Shown piece after piece: positions 1 through 12,922 of a stretch of DNA of 64,000 bases. Below the pieces are notes generated by a model. It worked only from the letters and a program-made list of their open reading frames with translations. It ran no database searches and was not told the DNA's origin. Made by a program: the position numbers and the translations under genes. Within the stretch, counting starts at the first letter, position 1; every line of letters begins with the position of its first letter. The stretch is from Mobula birostris (taxonomy: Eukaryota): positions 52,496,777-52,560,776 of the forward strand of contig NC_092390.1 in NCBI RefSeq assembly GCF_030028105.1. The letters run 5' to 3'.

Positions 1-480
1 AAGCCCTTGCACTAATTCTTCAGCCACACGTTCATCTACCAAATCATACTATTCTTCCCCTCACTGTTACATGGTACAGGTTACAAGCCTTGAGGTCCTG
101 CTTCTTAGTTTCGTACCTAGCAACCTATACTCACTCTTCAGGACCTCATCCCTATTGTTGGAACCAAAATGTACTATGACTTCTGACTGCTCATGATCCT
201 CCTTAAAAAAGCTATGAACTCTGTCAAGGCCATCCCTGACCCTGACCTGGGAGGCAACATGCTATCAAGGAAACTCTTTCATATCTACAGGATTCCCTGT
301 TTATTCCCCAAACTACTGAATCCCCTGTCATGACCATCTCCTCTTCTCCCCCATTCTGTGCCAGAGACCTGGTCGCTGTAAGTTTCCACTCATAGGTTAT
401 TCCAACAGTAACCACAGGAGTATTTTTGTTACTGAGGGTAACAGTCACAGGGTTTCTCTGCACAGTCTGCTTATTGCCTT
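1..480 (-). mobile_element. degraded CR1-type LINE fragment (ORF1 esterase-like region)
   Basis: Minus ORF 224..556 contains MVMTGDSVVWG...IACCLPG, resembling the GDS esterase domain of CR1/L2 ORF1; boundaries approximate. Confidence 0.6.
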
Positions 481-1294
481 TACCTCTAATACTAGTGAAA
501 AATATTAGTATCAGTATGGGAAACAGATAAGTGATGATGCACAAGCTATTCAGCACACAAAAAGATAATATAAAGGACTAGAAATTATTGTGCACCAAGC
601 AAACATATTTATTTGAAAACTCACTGAGTGAAATGTTATTGGGTCTTTTGTGCAGGACACACAAACCGGGAAATTCAACCAAAATTCTCCTTACGTATTT
701 GAGGCCCACAAATAGCACAAACCACTTTAATCCAAGCCATACAAGCCAAGCTGAGGTCTACCTTATTTTAATAGTGACCACACTTGTGCAATAGCTGAGG
801 TGTACAAGGGAGTAAAGTTTAAGCATTGTTTTATTTTTGGTGCATTCTCTCACTCCCTCCCACCCAACTTCCTCACTTCCATATTGTTCTGTACTCTAAT
901 ATCCCTGAAATCCCTGACAGCATACTTATTCCAACTCCCAACTTCCCAAATCTCATTTACCAGCTCAACCCAGTGCCCTCCTCTAGACCTTTCTCTCTAT
1001 CACATCTCATTGATCCATGGCCTGTATGACTTTCTGCACAATACTGGAGCTAATACAAGAAAGGCCTTTGTTCATGTTCGCCTACAGTTCCTGTAACGTA
1101 TGATATCTTGAGCTTTGCACAAAATATAATTTTGGCTTAAATGTTTGTGTACCTGTTTAGAATTATGAATTCAGGTTGGGAAACAGAAACCACAGTGTTG
1201 GAAAGCTTTCCCACCAGCACCAAGGATTACACATCGTTAAAATGTGCCCCAGATAGCATTTCTGATGGTTGATCAAGGCAACAGATTCTGATTC

Positions 1295-1975
1295 CACAAG
1301 ACAATAATTCAGGAATAATTAAACCAATATGCAAAAGACAGCGAACTGTGCAAATATAAAAGAAATAGTAATAATAATAAGGTAATAACTATTGAAAACA
1401 TGAAATGAAGATCCTTGAAAGTGACTCCATAAGTTGTGGGCACAATTCAGTGAGGGCACATGTGAAGTTGAGTTAAGTTGTTCCACTGGTTCAAAAGCAT
1501 GATGGTTGAGGAGTAATAACTGTTCCTGAACCTGGTGGTGTGAGTCCTGATGGCAGCAGCAAGAAGAGAGCATGACCTGGGTGGTGGGGTTCCATGATGA
1601 TGCTATCCTGCGACAGTGCTCCATGTAGATGTGCTCAATGGTGGGGAGGGCTTTTTTTTTAATAGGATTTTCCGTTCAAGGGCATTGGTGTTTCCATACC
1701 AGGTCATGATGCAACCAGTCAATATACTCTCCACCACACATCCATGGAAACTGGTCAAAGTTTTAGATGTCATGCCAAATCTTTGCAATCTTCTAAGAAA
1801 TGCTTTCCATGGGTTTACTCTCCTGAAGGATGCTCTCACATCAGCCTCAAAGTAACTGAAGGTTATGGGAGTTTGTGAAGGTTCCTCCATGTTTTGACAG
1901 TCAAAGCAAGTACAGAAGGCACTGAGCTCATCTGGAAGCGAAACCCTGTTGTTACATATGCTTCTGATAACAATC
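1295..1975 (-). mobile_element. Rex1/L2-like LINE 3' fragment
   Basis: ORF 1603..1977 has FLRRLQRFGMTSKTL..CVVESILTGCIMTWYGN, typical of the C-terminus of Rex1/Babar-type RT, followed by a 3' tail. Confidence 0.7.
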
Positions 1976-3274
1976 ACAAATTCACATTGTCCTTATATCA
2001 GTATCTGAAAAGGTTCTTGCATGATTAATTATATTTTTCACCAGTGAATGCCTCTCCAGTTTAATTGAGACTGCAATTAAATTTTACTCACCCAATACAA
2101 AATTAATAATGTTCAAATAAAAATGTTATATTTCAGATCTTCCTTTCTTAGGATCTGGAGAAATAAAGGCATGTCTCAATGTTCAATTAAGATTTTTAAA
2201 AAATACAAGCTTAAATTTATTTGGAAGTGCAAATAAAGATATTTAGACAGCTACATTTTATGAGCCCAGTTTCAAAAATGGGCTGAGATTGGCATTCTGT
2301 ATAACTCTGATGCACCAAAAAGGAATAATCATTAAGCTATTACAGTCAATTCCTGGTTTAGGGTATTTCAGTTAGTTGCTGGAAATTTTCCTAACCCATT
2401 AAACTCATTTTTGGTTTGTTCATTAAATTCAGTTAAATAAAAATTGTCTGAGTCGACATTTGCTCTAATGCAATGCAATTACCATTAAAAAAAATTATAA
2501 ATAAGTGGCTTAACTCTGCTTTTGCCTGAGTATTACGCAGTTGCAGTCTTCCCACTGGGACCAATTGTTTGCCAATGGCCAATTGCTTCCAGTCACGAAA
2601 TGATGCCACAATTACTATTAATGGCTATATTTTTGTTACCTAATCAAATTAAAATCTCAGTAATTCCCAGGAGCCCATCCTTAACCATACTTCTCTGGAA
2701 CTATCCAGGAAATTGCAAGCCATCTGCTACATAGGGATGTAGAAGGCCGCTTGCAAACTATCTCTGTAAATACAGACTAACCTTGTCATGATAATATTTT
2801 GATTTCAATAACCAATTCCAACTGCACAAATTTAATCATCTTTTACAACTAATTCAAAATCATTCTTGTGTATTTTACCAGAAGACAATTGCAGAGTATC
2901 AAATTTATTGAGTTTCATGAAACCTTTCCAGCTTGTGGGATGGGTAGATACGCTCTGGTAAGAAGGATGGGAAGAGGCAAAAGACTAAACTGCCCTGACT
3001 GTAACCAGCAGTTTTGTTCATAACTATCAGTTTTCAGCCATTTAAACTGAGGCATTACTCAATGCTATTCACATGTGCTGAGGGTCTGGGTACAACTATG
3101 AGACTTGAGCTGCTACGAATGCTGTTGAGATTGCACAGCATCACAGTGTAGTACTGCCAATCAGACCCTATGTATGGCCAATACTAATGTAGGATCCAAA
3201 AACCTGCTGACTAATTTAACTTACTGTTTTTGTTTTGGCTTCAATTTTAATACTTTTCAGAATCTATAAATTCC

Positions 3275-3450
3275 TTAGGTCCATAGCTGTAGGAGGAGAA
3301 TTTGACTATTCTGCCTATTGAGCCTGCTTTGCAATTTGATCATAGCTGCTTTATTTCCCCCCACAATTCCATTCTCCTGTCTTCTCCCCTTAACCTTTGA
3401 TCCTTACTAATCAAGAAACTATCAATCTCTGTTTTAAATATACCCAGACA
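3275..3450 (-). mobile_element. CR1 LINE 3' terminal fragment
   Basis: Similar to the CR1 3' ends at 21510 and 28555. Confidence 0.55.
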
Positions 3451-4842
3451 TTAAAAAGCTTAAATAGCATACTTTCTCTGTGTTTGGGGCTAGTTGAGTA
3501 GGCAGGAGGCTAACAAGACAGGCCCTCCAAACCCAGCCTGTAGATGTTTAGGTGTGAGGGGAGCAAGGGGGGCAGTGCCAGTTCTGCACATTCTAGGCAA
3601 AAGTAATATACAGTGGAATATGTAGTGTGACACCGAAGGCGGGAAGCATTTTGTGATCAGTTTAGAATAATATTATATATCCTACTTGGTTTATTAATAT
3701 TGTGATACTTGCAGCTAACGGTGTTAAAAACCACCCGTGGTAATGGCTAATGTGTTAAATGGCTTAAAGCTTGTTTGCTACAGCAACTTGTCATGGTGAC
3801 CGGAAGTTTTAGGACCATGTGTATATAAGATTTTCCACTGCTGGAAAGGACTTTGGAAAGAGATTGTAAGTAATGCCAAGGGCCAAAAGCTAAAACTACC
3901 CTTTCATTCAATGTTGCCAGGAATATTGAACAGCAGAGGAAATGAGAGAATCCTGAATTGCTGGATGACCATTCATTTCTTAGATCAATTGAGTGGACTT
4001 CCCATTTGAACTGTGGTCACAAATGTTATTAAAGGGTTATTGATGATTCTTGCATTTGTTGTCAACTGGGGTCTCCTCTAGCAGTAGGTCTATGGGAGTT
4101 GTATTTCCTTTAATAGGAAACTGTTTTCTCTTTGTTTAATAAAACAACTTTCACAAAGACATTAAATGGATTAGAATAGCATTGCAAACTAGCATTTTGC
4201 AATATATAATTCGAGTGCAATTGAGAAACAGAGGCCTTTAGACATATGTGCTCAGATGTTTAAAGGTGTAAAAGAGACATTAGTAAAATTATTTTCATGC
4301 AAGACTGCATCACAATTCTATTATGACTTTCAAAAGGAACTGGGTAACAGCAAGGGAAAACCTTCGCAAGGCCATCGAAAAAAAGCTGCAGAATGGGATA
4401 AACTGCTAGCACACACTCAATTGGGCAAAGAGCTGCCTCCTGTGCTTGAATAACCATGATTCTACAGAGAGTTTTAAAATCAAGTCATTGTAATTTAGCC
4501 CACTTCCCAACTCAGATAAGAACATTGTTTTATAATTGTGCCATTATAGGGACTACAAAGCAAAGGATTTTGTAAATGGCAAAAAGATATTCTGATTATC
4601 CAAGGAGGCAAAACTGTAATTTTCAAATGATCCCTACACAATTAAAATCTGGCACCACATCTAGATGTTGTGCAGCAAATTACTTTTCAGAAGACAAGTC
4701 TTTCAATATTATGGCACAATGAATACTTAATGCAGATGGTACTCTGGAAGTGATAATATGCCTCATGACTCCTATTATTAGCAAAGGTACTGGCAGAGTA
4801 AATGAGTCAAGCCTATGCATTAGTATTTAGACCAAGAAAATA

Positions 4843-6034
4843 CAGGTTGAGCATCCCTTATCCAAAAAGGGGCCCGAAGTGTTTCGGATTTCAGCATATT
4901 TGCACCTATATAATGAGATACCTTGGGGATAGAACCCAAGCCTAAACATGAAATCTGTTTACATTACATATTCATCTTATGTACAGCTGGCGTGAAGCTC
5001 ACAGAGTGGACAGTCTGACTTGATGGAGCTGAATCCTCCACAGACTGTCAGTTGATTGGCTGCCCACGACCACATATATCATTATTAAGGTATGTATGCA
5101 GTATAGAACTCTGAGATTCGTCTTTTAGAGATAGCCATGAAACAAAGAAAATCATGGAAGTTGTTCAAAGAGAAACAGTAAACCCACCCCCTTGCACAAA
5201 AAATAGAACGGCAACACTATTATCAACCCCAAAAACCCCTTCCCCCACACAAAACTCAACATTAATCCCTACCCCTGCACAAAAAGATTGGAACAAAACA
5301 CAACAAGAAAATCAACTCTCTCCCCCGTACAAAACACAGGAACATCAGCCCACAAACAACCTCCCCACAATAATAACATAATACAAGAACATCAAACCGC
5401 CCTCCCCAACTTAAAAAAAACGAGAAAGAACAGGCGAAAACACAGACTATAAAAGCTGTAAGACTGAAAAAGTCCATGTTCCATAGTCCAAACCATAAAC
5501 GCAGAACTTCGGTAACGTCCTCTGACATCAAAAGAGAGAGACCACTCGAATACAAAAGACCTGTTCTCTGGGCACAATGAGCTGCGATGCAGTGGTAGGC
5601 CACCAGTTTCCTTCTCTGGCAGCAGATATATAAATATGAAGACATATAATATAAATATAGCATAATTTAAATAATTTGTACACAAAACAATTACCTTCCA
5701 TTTTTAAATTTGTGATAGATTACTTGTTTCATGATCAGCATACCATTAAGCAGTTATGTTTACTCCAGCACTAATGAATTCACCCTTTCAATACATGATC
5801 TTCATTTTTCACTTTCTGCAGTGTTTTTCTATTTTTCCATTAATGTCTGTTCATTACATATGTGAGATCACTTCTCAGAACTGTCTGTGGTGCACAGAGA
5901 CCTGTACATTGCCTGGGAACCCTCGTAGCACCTTGTGGAAATTTCCATTTGTGACATTATATCGGTAACCAAAAAAATTTCAAATTTCAGAGATTTTTGG
6001 ATTTTGGAATTTTGGATAAGGGGTACTCAACCTG
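4843..6034. mobile_element. Tigger4/Zombi-like non-autonomous DNA transposon with an internal LINE-tail insertion (~5085-5625)
   Basis: TIRs CAGGTTGAGCATCCCTTATCCAAAA ... TTTTGGATAAGGGGTACTCAACCTG flanked by TA on both sides. Confidence 0.8.
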
Positions 6035-7562
6035 TAATTTATACATAACTCATCAACAATAGAAATCAAGAAAGTGATTGCTCCTCAGCTTAGGGGAGAA
6101 TGCAACATAGAGATACTTTATGATCTTAGATATCTCAATGCAGTACAGTTGAAATAAAGTTGAGACAAAGGATGCAGAATATCAACATTAACAACTTATA
6201 CTTTACTCCAGCAATAACCAGGCCCAGACAAAAGGTAAGTCTGCAATTTAAATGGTCTGACATAGAGCAATCTTGAAAATGACTTTAAAAATGAAGTCAC
6301 TAATAAAAAGTTGAACTATTATTAAAAACCCTTAGAAATAACAATGAAAAAATAACTTCCCCTTTGCTTCCTAAGCCAAAATCTGCAAATAGTACCTTTA
6401 AGATTACCTCATCTACTTTAAAGGACAGGTGAATTTCTCTTTTAAAAGCAAGCCTCTTGCATGCATGACTTCCAGTACTGCACTGAACTACAAACTTAGA
6501 TTACATACTGCAATCTCTGCAACACTGCACTCTCCTAATTATCTAACTATTGTGCAAGTACAAATTGAGCAAAATTTTAACAGGATAAGGATCCCAAAAG
6601 CTTTATTTACTATCCAATAATTAATATTCATAAACAAAGAAGCCATATTCCAGCGAAAAAAAAACAGATCAAAGACACCTCTGGCTAGAATACTACAGAA
6701 AACCCAAACCAAATCTATTAAACCTCAAACCAGAATCCATAAAGAGCATACTTCAAAACATATGACATCCAGTCCTACAAACCACAGAAACAGTAAGTCA
6801 CGGAAAAGATTCTTTTAAAAATCATGAAAGGAATATGCCAGCTGCTATCTGCAAAATATTCCCTCCAAACACCTGGATGGAATGGCAATAAAAGGTACTT
6901 CATGTAAGGTGCTGGAAGAGTTTTGCAGGTCAAATCCATCACAATTTTAACTATGGCAGTCATTCACCATGTACAGTACCGTTAAAAAATATTCACCCTC
7001 CTTGGAAGTTTTCATGTTTTATTGTTTTACAACATTGAATCACAGTGGATTTAATTTGGCTTATTTAATAGTGATCAACAGATAAAGACACTATTGTGTC
7101 AAAGTGAAAACAAATTTCTACAAATTGATATGTTTATTACAATTATTAAACACAAAATTATTGATTGCATAATTACTCACACCCTTCAAGTCAGTATTTA
7201 GTAGGTGCCACTTTGGCAGCAATTACAGCCTTGAGTCTGTGTGGATAGGTCTCTACCAGCTTTGCACATCTGGACACTGTAATTTTACCCCATTCTTCTT
7301 CACAAAACTGCTCCAGCTCTGTCAGATAGCACGGGGATCATGAGTGAACAGCCCTTTTCAAGCCTAACCACAAATTCTCAATTGGATTGAAGCTTGGACT
7401 CAGACTTGGCCACTCCAGCACATTGACTTTACTGTTTTTAAGCCATTCCTGTGTACCTTTGGCTTTATGTTTGGGGTCATTGTCTTGCAGGAAAACAAAT
7501 CTTCTCCCAATTCACACTTCTCTTGCAGACTGCATCAGGTTTTCCTCCAGGATTTCCCTGTA

Positions 7563-8391
7563 CAGGTGCACATTCCCTTATCCAAAATTCTGAAATCCAA
7601 AAAGCTCCAAAAACCAAAGTTTTTTTCGCCAACAGCTGACGTCACTCAGGTGTGACGTGGCAGCACAAGCAGAGGCCGCCAGACGTCAGTTGTGGTTCAG
7701 CGCTTGTACTGGTTACACGTGCATTTGCAGTTCGCTGATATTTTGTGTTCACTGTTGACTTTGTGTCTAATTTCACAGTGAAAATGTCAAAAAGAGCTGC
7801 AGATACCCCTATGGGTAACAATTGGAAAAAGAGAAGGAAGCATCTATCATTATCAATGACACAGAAAGTGGAGTTTTTGCAGAAGCTTGATCATGGTGTG
7901 TCTGTGCGGCGTCTTACTGAAGAAAATAGTGCCAGAACTACCCCACTGTATATGATTTAAATAAACAAAAAGACAAGTTACTGAAGTTTTACAGTGACAG
8001 TGACATTCTACATTTATTCAAATAGTCATTTACCATGTGTTTGATTCGGTTCGTTTGAAGCTGTATATTTTTTATGTTTTATTGAATGTTTTTGTNNNNN
8101 NNNNNNNNNNNNNNNNNNNNNNNNNNNNNNNNNNNNNNNNNNNNNNNNNNNNNNNNNNNNNNNNNNNNNNNNNNNNNNNNNNNNNNNNNNNNNNNNNNNN
8201 NNNNNNNNNNNNNNNNNNNNNNNNNNNNNNNNNNNNNACCGCCGGGTCCTAAAGTCCACTGCACTGAGACCAGTTAAATAAGGGACTTGAGCATACGTAT
8301 TTTTTGGTATCGGGGGTGGGGGGGAGGGGAGGGTTCTGAATTTCCAAATGCAACTGGTCCCAAGGATTTCGGATAAGGGATTGTGAACCTG
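7563..8391 (+). mobile_element. Tigger4-like element with partial CENP-B-type HTH transposase N-terminus, nested in the Tc1
   Basis: TIRs CAGGTGCACATTCCCTTATCC / GGATAAGGGATTGTGAACCTG, TA TSD; peptide MSKRAADTPMGNNWKKRRKHLSLSMTQKVEFLQKLDHGVSVRRL; spans an assembly gap. Confidence 0.8.
8096..8237. other. assembly gap (N run)
   Basis: run of n. Confidence 1.
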
Positions 8392-10254
8392 TATTTTGCT
8401 GCATTCATTTTAGCTTCACAAGCCTTCCAGGGCCCGCTACAGTGAAGCATCCCTAGAGCATGATGCAACCACCATCATGCTTCATGGTAGGGATGGTGTG
8501 TTTTTGATAAATGTGCAGTGTTTGTCTTACACCAAACATGGCATTTAATCTGATGGTCAAAAAGCTCTATTTTGGTTTCATCAGACCATAGAACCTTCTT
8601 CTAGCTGACTTTAAAGTCTCCCACATGCCTTCTGGCAAACTCTAGCCGAGATTTCATTAGAGTTTTTTTTTCCAACAGTGGCTTTTTCTTTGCCACTGGT
8701 GAGCACCCAGGCAACAGTTGATATATGCGCAGTCTCTCCCATTTCAGCCACTGAAAATTGTAACTTCTCCAGAGTTGGCATAAGTCTCTTGATGGCCTCC
8801 TTCACTCATCCCCTTCTTGCACGGTCACTCAGTTTTTGAAGACGGCCTGCTCTAGGCAGATTTATAGCTGTGCTATATTTTTTCCATTTCTGGATGATTG
8901 ACTTAACTGTACTCCACAATCAGTGAGTTGGAAATTTTCTTGTATCTATCCCGACATGTACTTTCCAATAACCTTGGAGTGTTTTGTCTTCATGGTGTAG
9001 CTTTAGCCAAGATACCGACTCACCAGCAGTTGGACCTTCCAGGTACAAGGTGTATTTTTACTACAATCAATTGAAACAACTTGACTGCACATGGTGATCT
9101 CCATTTAACTAATTATGTGACCTCTAAAACCAATTGACTGCACCAGTGATGAGTTGGTGTATCATATTAAAGGTGGTGAATACTTAAGCAATCAATTATT
9201 TTGTGTTGTATATTTCTAATTAATTTAGATCACTTTGTAGATTATGTTTTCACTTTGACACAAAAAAAATCTTTTTCTGTTGATCAGTGTCAAAAATAAC
9301 TAAATTAAATCCATTGTGATTCAACATTGTAAAACAATAAAACATGAAAACTTCCAAGGGGATGAATACTTCTAATAGGCACTGTATATTCAGTATTCTT
9401 GTTTAGTAGGAGCCATTTAATAGGCATGGATAAAGATATTCATATTGATAACATACACCCAAAATTATTCAAAAAATATTCATCAGGACAAATTTGTGTA
9501 TCATCTTCCTTTTTAATTATAATTAAATGAACTGCACTAGTTCCTTTGATTGCAGTTGACATCTTGTCTTCTAGCGGAACAGAACTAAAATAGATTCCAG
9601 AGGAGATAATTTCCCCTCTCTTCCAGAAATGTGTAATTGATCAAAGCAATTGTCAATTTAATATTGGGCATGTCATAGCTTCCTGATCAGCAATCTCCAA
9701 TCTTATTCATCCTACAGCCTAATTAAGATATTCCAAACAGTATCTGTGTTGCACATCTAATCATGCCCATCACTGTTCCTGCTGTAAAAATTTACAAACA
9801 CAATGGAAGCATACCATCCAGTTTATCAAACCTGCACCACACCTGTTGAGATTATGGTTGATCTTTCACCAGGGCTATTCTGTAGGATTATGATCATATC
9901 CCTTGATTTGCTCAATACCCACTCAATCTATCACTCTCCATGTGAGCAACAAATGTGTCAGTGTGAATAAACAAAATCTCAAAAAATAAGCAGTAAACCA
10001 ACCTTTACGCTGGAAACCAACCACATCTCAGTCACTAAATACACATCTGACCACATTATCACAATGGAAAGAGACTGCAAATAAATAGAGATCTCATTGT
10101 TCCTGTGCATGAACCACAAACGGCTAGCAAGCAGATGCTGCTGGTTAAGAGGATAAATATTGATCTTTATTGCAGAGGAAAAGGAAAGCTTTGTTACCAT
10201 TGTACAGGGTGTTAGCGAAGCCAAACTTGGGAGTACCACACATACCTTCAGTTC

Positions 10255-10715
10255 CCTTGCATTGATCTGGAAGCAGGCCAGAAGAGATTCATCAGACCAA
10301 CGCCTGTAATGAGAGGACTGCCCTATCAAGAGAGGTTTGGCAGGTCAGGTCTGTATTCAAGTTTAGGAGAATAAAGGGAGATATAATTATAACATTGCTC
10401 TGAAGGGTACATAACAGGATAGATGTTGAGATGTTTTCACTACTGGGAGTCTCTTTGCTTCTTGATAAGAGATGCACAGAAATTCCATTCTCTTCCCCAA
10501 TACCCTGAGGTTAGAGAGTCTCTGGAATTCTCTACTCCAGAGAATTATGAAGGGTAGTTCATTAGAATTTAAAGTGGAAGTAGATAAAATTTTGGAAGAT
10601 TAGGTGAGGGTTCTGGCACAGAGGAGTTGAGACCTGGGTATAAGAGCCATAATCATACTGAGTAACAGGGCAGGCTTGAGGCCAGGTGATCTACTCCTGC
10701 ATTTATTTTGTATGG
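10255..10715 (+). mobile_element. CR1 LINE 3' fragment
   Basis: Degenerate CR1 ORF2 C-terminus and 3' UTR (…gaggccaggtgatctactcctg). Confidence 0.65.
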
Positions 10716-10921
10716 TATTCTTTAAATTACACCCAGCTAAATTTTAGATTAGTCTTACATCAGCTGTGAGCCTGTTATAAATATGTAATAATCAGTCTCT
10801 CCTCCCCCCCATTTACAGTTATCCATTCTGTAATGTGGTAACAGACTTGCAACCCAACACTTTATTCAATGTTACACAGCACTCCCCAATCACAATCTAA
10901 TCAAAGAGCAACTGTAATTAA

Positions 10922-11111
10922 ACAACAGGAATTCTGCAGATGCTGGAAATTCAAGCAACACTCATCAAAGTTGCTGGTGAACGCAGCAGGCCAGACAGCA
11001 TCTCTAGGAAGAGGTACGATCCTGACGAAGGGTCTCGGCCTGAAACGTCGACTGCACCTCTTCCTAGAGATGCTGCCTGGCCTGCTGCGTTCACCAGCAA
11101 CTTTGATGTGC
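10922..11111 (+). mobile_element. Penelope-derived palindromic mini-element
   Basis: 14-bp TSD GCAACTGTAATTAA (10908-10921 and 11112-11125); 53-bp inverted arms 10963-11015 / 11056-11108 with 1 mismatch. Confidence 0.8.
11018..11053 (+). ncRNA. minimal hammerhead ribozyme motif
   Basis: CTGACGA-AGG(GTCTCGG)CCT-GAAAC-GTC; predicted cleavage after 11049. Confidence 0.55.
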
Positions 11112-12922
11112 GCAACTGTAATTAAGCTGTTTGTTTCTCCACAGTTCAATGCAAATGGCTAGAGCACAAGTAGAAACTGTTAACACCCAAGCTGCAAATT
11201 AAGCGAAACGTTTGCAGGTGTAATTTCTGCTTGTATAGAATACACTGCAACTCAACCATCCACCACCACATCTAAAAGCCAAGAGGTCATATACAGCTCC
11301 ATAAAGTGCTGCTACAAGTTAGAAAATAAAGCTTAGGGCAAATGGGTTACAAATAAAACTAAGGCTGTCTAGCAGAATAACCTGTGCCCTTCAAGGACCA
11401 TCATCTTTCTTGTAATTGTGTAAAGGATTAACTAAGACTCGAGTGTTTGAAACCAAGAAATGCATCTGTTCTTTCAAGTCCATTAGAAAACTATGCAGAC
11501 CGAAGAAATCTCAAGCAGTGTTTTCAAGGATTATAAAATCAGCTTGGCCAAAAAAAGGGTATGGAGTCTGCTAAAAAGATTTTTTGATTATGATGTTCCT
11601 TCATCAGACATATGTTGAAGCTGATCATAAAATAAACACCAATAAAATTCTGTTTTATCTTCTCTTTTGTCTTTCCACTCCCCAACTGGAAAATAACTAA
11701 TTGGTCACAAAGATCTAGAAGTGTCAAGCTATCCTATACAACCTCTTCCAGCATCTCAACAAGGGTGCTCAGGCCAGGCAGCGCAGCTGATAATATCACC
11801 TAGAGGCAGAATAGGAAGCTTAGAAATCATATGCAAGGTTTGCAGATACAAAGCCCAGTTGCTTCTGCAGTAGTTCAACCTAATGAAAACACCTCACACT
11901 GTTCTGGAGGACGAGCATTGTTACCTGAGCAGTTGATTATGTTGTTCAAGTGCCTTCTGGTATATTTTCATCTATAATTACAAAAACCCATTTCTGTAGA
12001 TAGGTTTTCTGCTATTTTCTTCCTCACTTTTCTATTAACTTGTTAATCTTCCAAATCCTAGAATTTATTGACTTTTAAGCAAGTTTCATGCAGATTAACC
12101 CTTTAATATTTTTCAAGAAAGGATTAAGAAAATCAAGCTTACAATTAGTAAGCATCAGGCGAAGTGCCAAATGTCTTATTTTATGTATCTGCATCTGTCT
12201 CCATTGATATGTGTACAATTCAGCACTTAAACCAGAAAGTAATACAGAAACTCTCAAATAAAAAAATCATTTTTATTAATATCTTTTATTGAAATTTTAA
12301 ACATTAAAGTACAAAATAAATGCATATAAGTGAACTTGAAAGGGAAATTTGAGTATGCTTCAACCTCTGAAATAGGTTTATTTACAACTGGTTAAAACAT
12401 GAAGAATTATGGTAGATAGCTATTTGTCATCTTTTCGGTCTTCTTCCACACAAATTCAGATTGGATGTCTGATGAACTTACAGCTAGACCAAGAATCAGC
12501 ATACCTGAGCAGCTGAAACATTTCATACACTGCGATTTTAATAGCTGTTTTTTAACTGATCACTGCTGAAAATTGCGCAGATTTCAATGTTTGAGTCTTC
12601 TATAATTGAACAATGTTACACAGAAAAATGAAAATGAGAGAATATTTCTAATGTAAAAGACCAAGCATTTGTTCTAAGCAACATTGCACAAAAAGATACA
12701 TTTGACATACTGTCTGAGAAAACAAGTAGGCACATTTTTATCAATATGACGTCTATCATCCAACGGATATTGAAAGCTTGGGAGAACAAGATAAAATCAA
12801 TACTAGCTCTGCTAGCAACTGTGTTATCTACTCAACATCAATTTCTTTCGTGAAATTAGAAAAATTAATAAATGTTTGGACAAATGGTAGAAAGGATAAA
12901 AGCCAGCTGAGGAGAAACTCAC

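Larger units (their letters stand above)
6974..9384 (-). mobile_element. Tc1-like transposon with long TIRs and degenerate transposase, interrupted by a Tigger element
   Basis: TA-CAGTACCG...ATTCACCCTCCTTGGAAGTTTTCATGTTTTATTG mirrored by ...AAACATGAAAACTTCCAAGGGGATGAATAC...GCACTG-TA; minus-strand remnants such as WSDETKIELF and KHDGGCIML; ATG near 8993. Confidence 0.85.

Noticed and set aside
6964-6974. TCACCATGTAC resembling the human BUB3 SPCT terminal exon
   Set aside because: On the wrong strand relative to BUB3; coincidence at a Tc1 border
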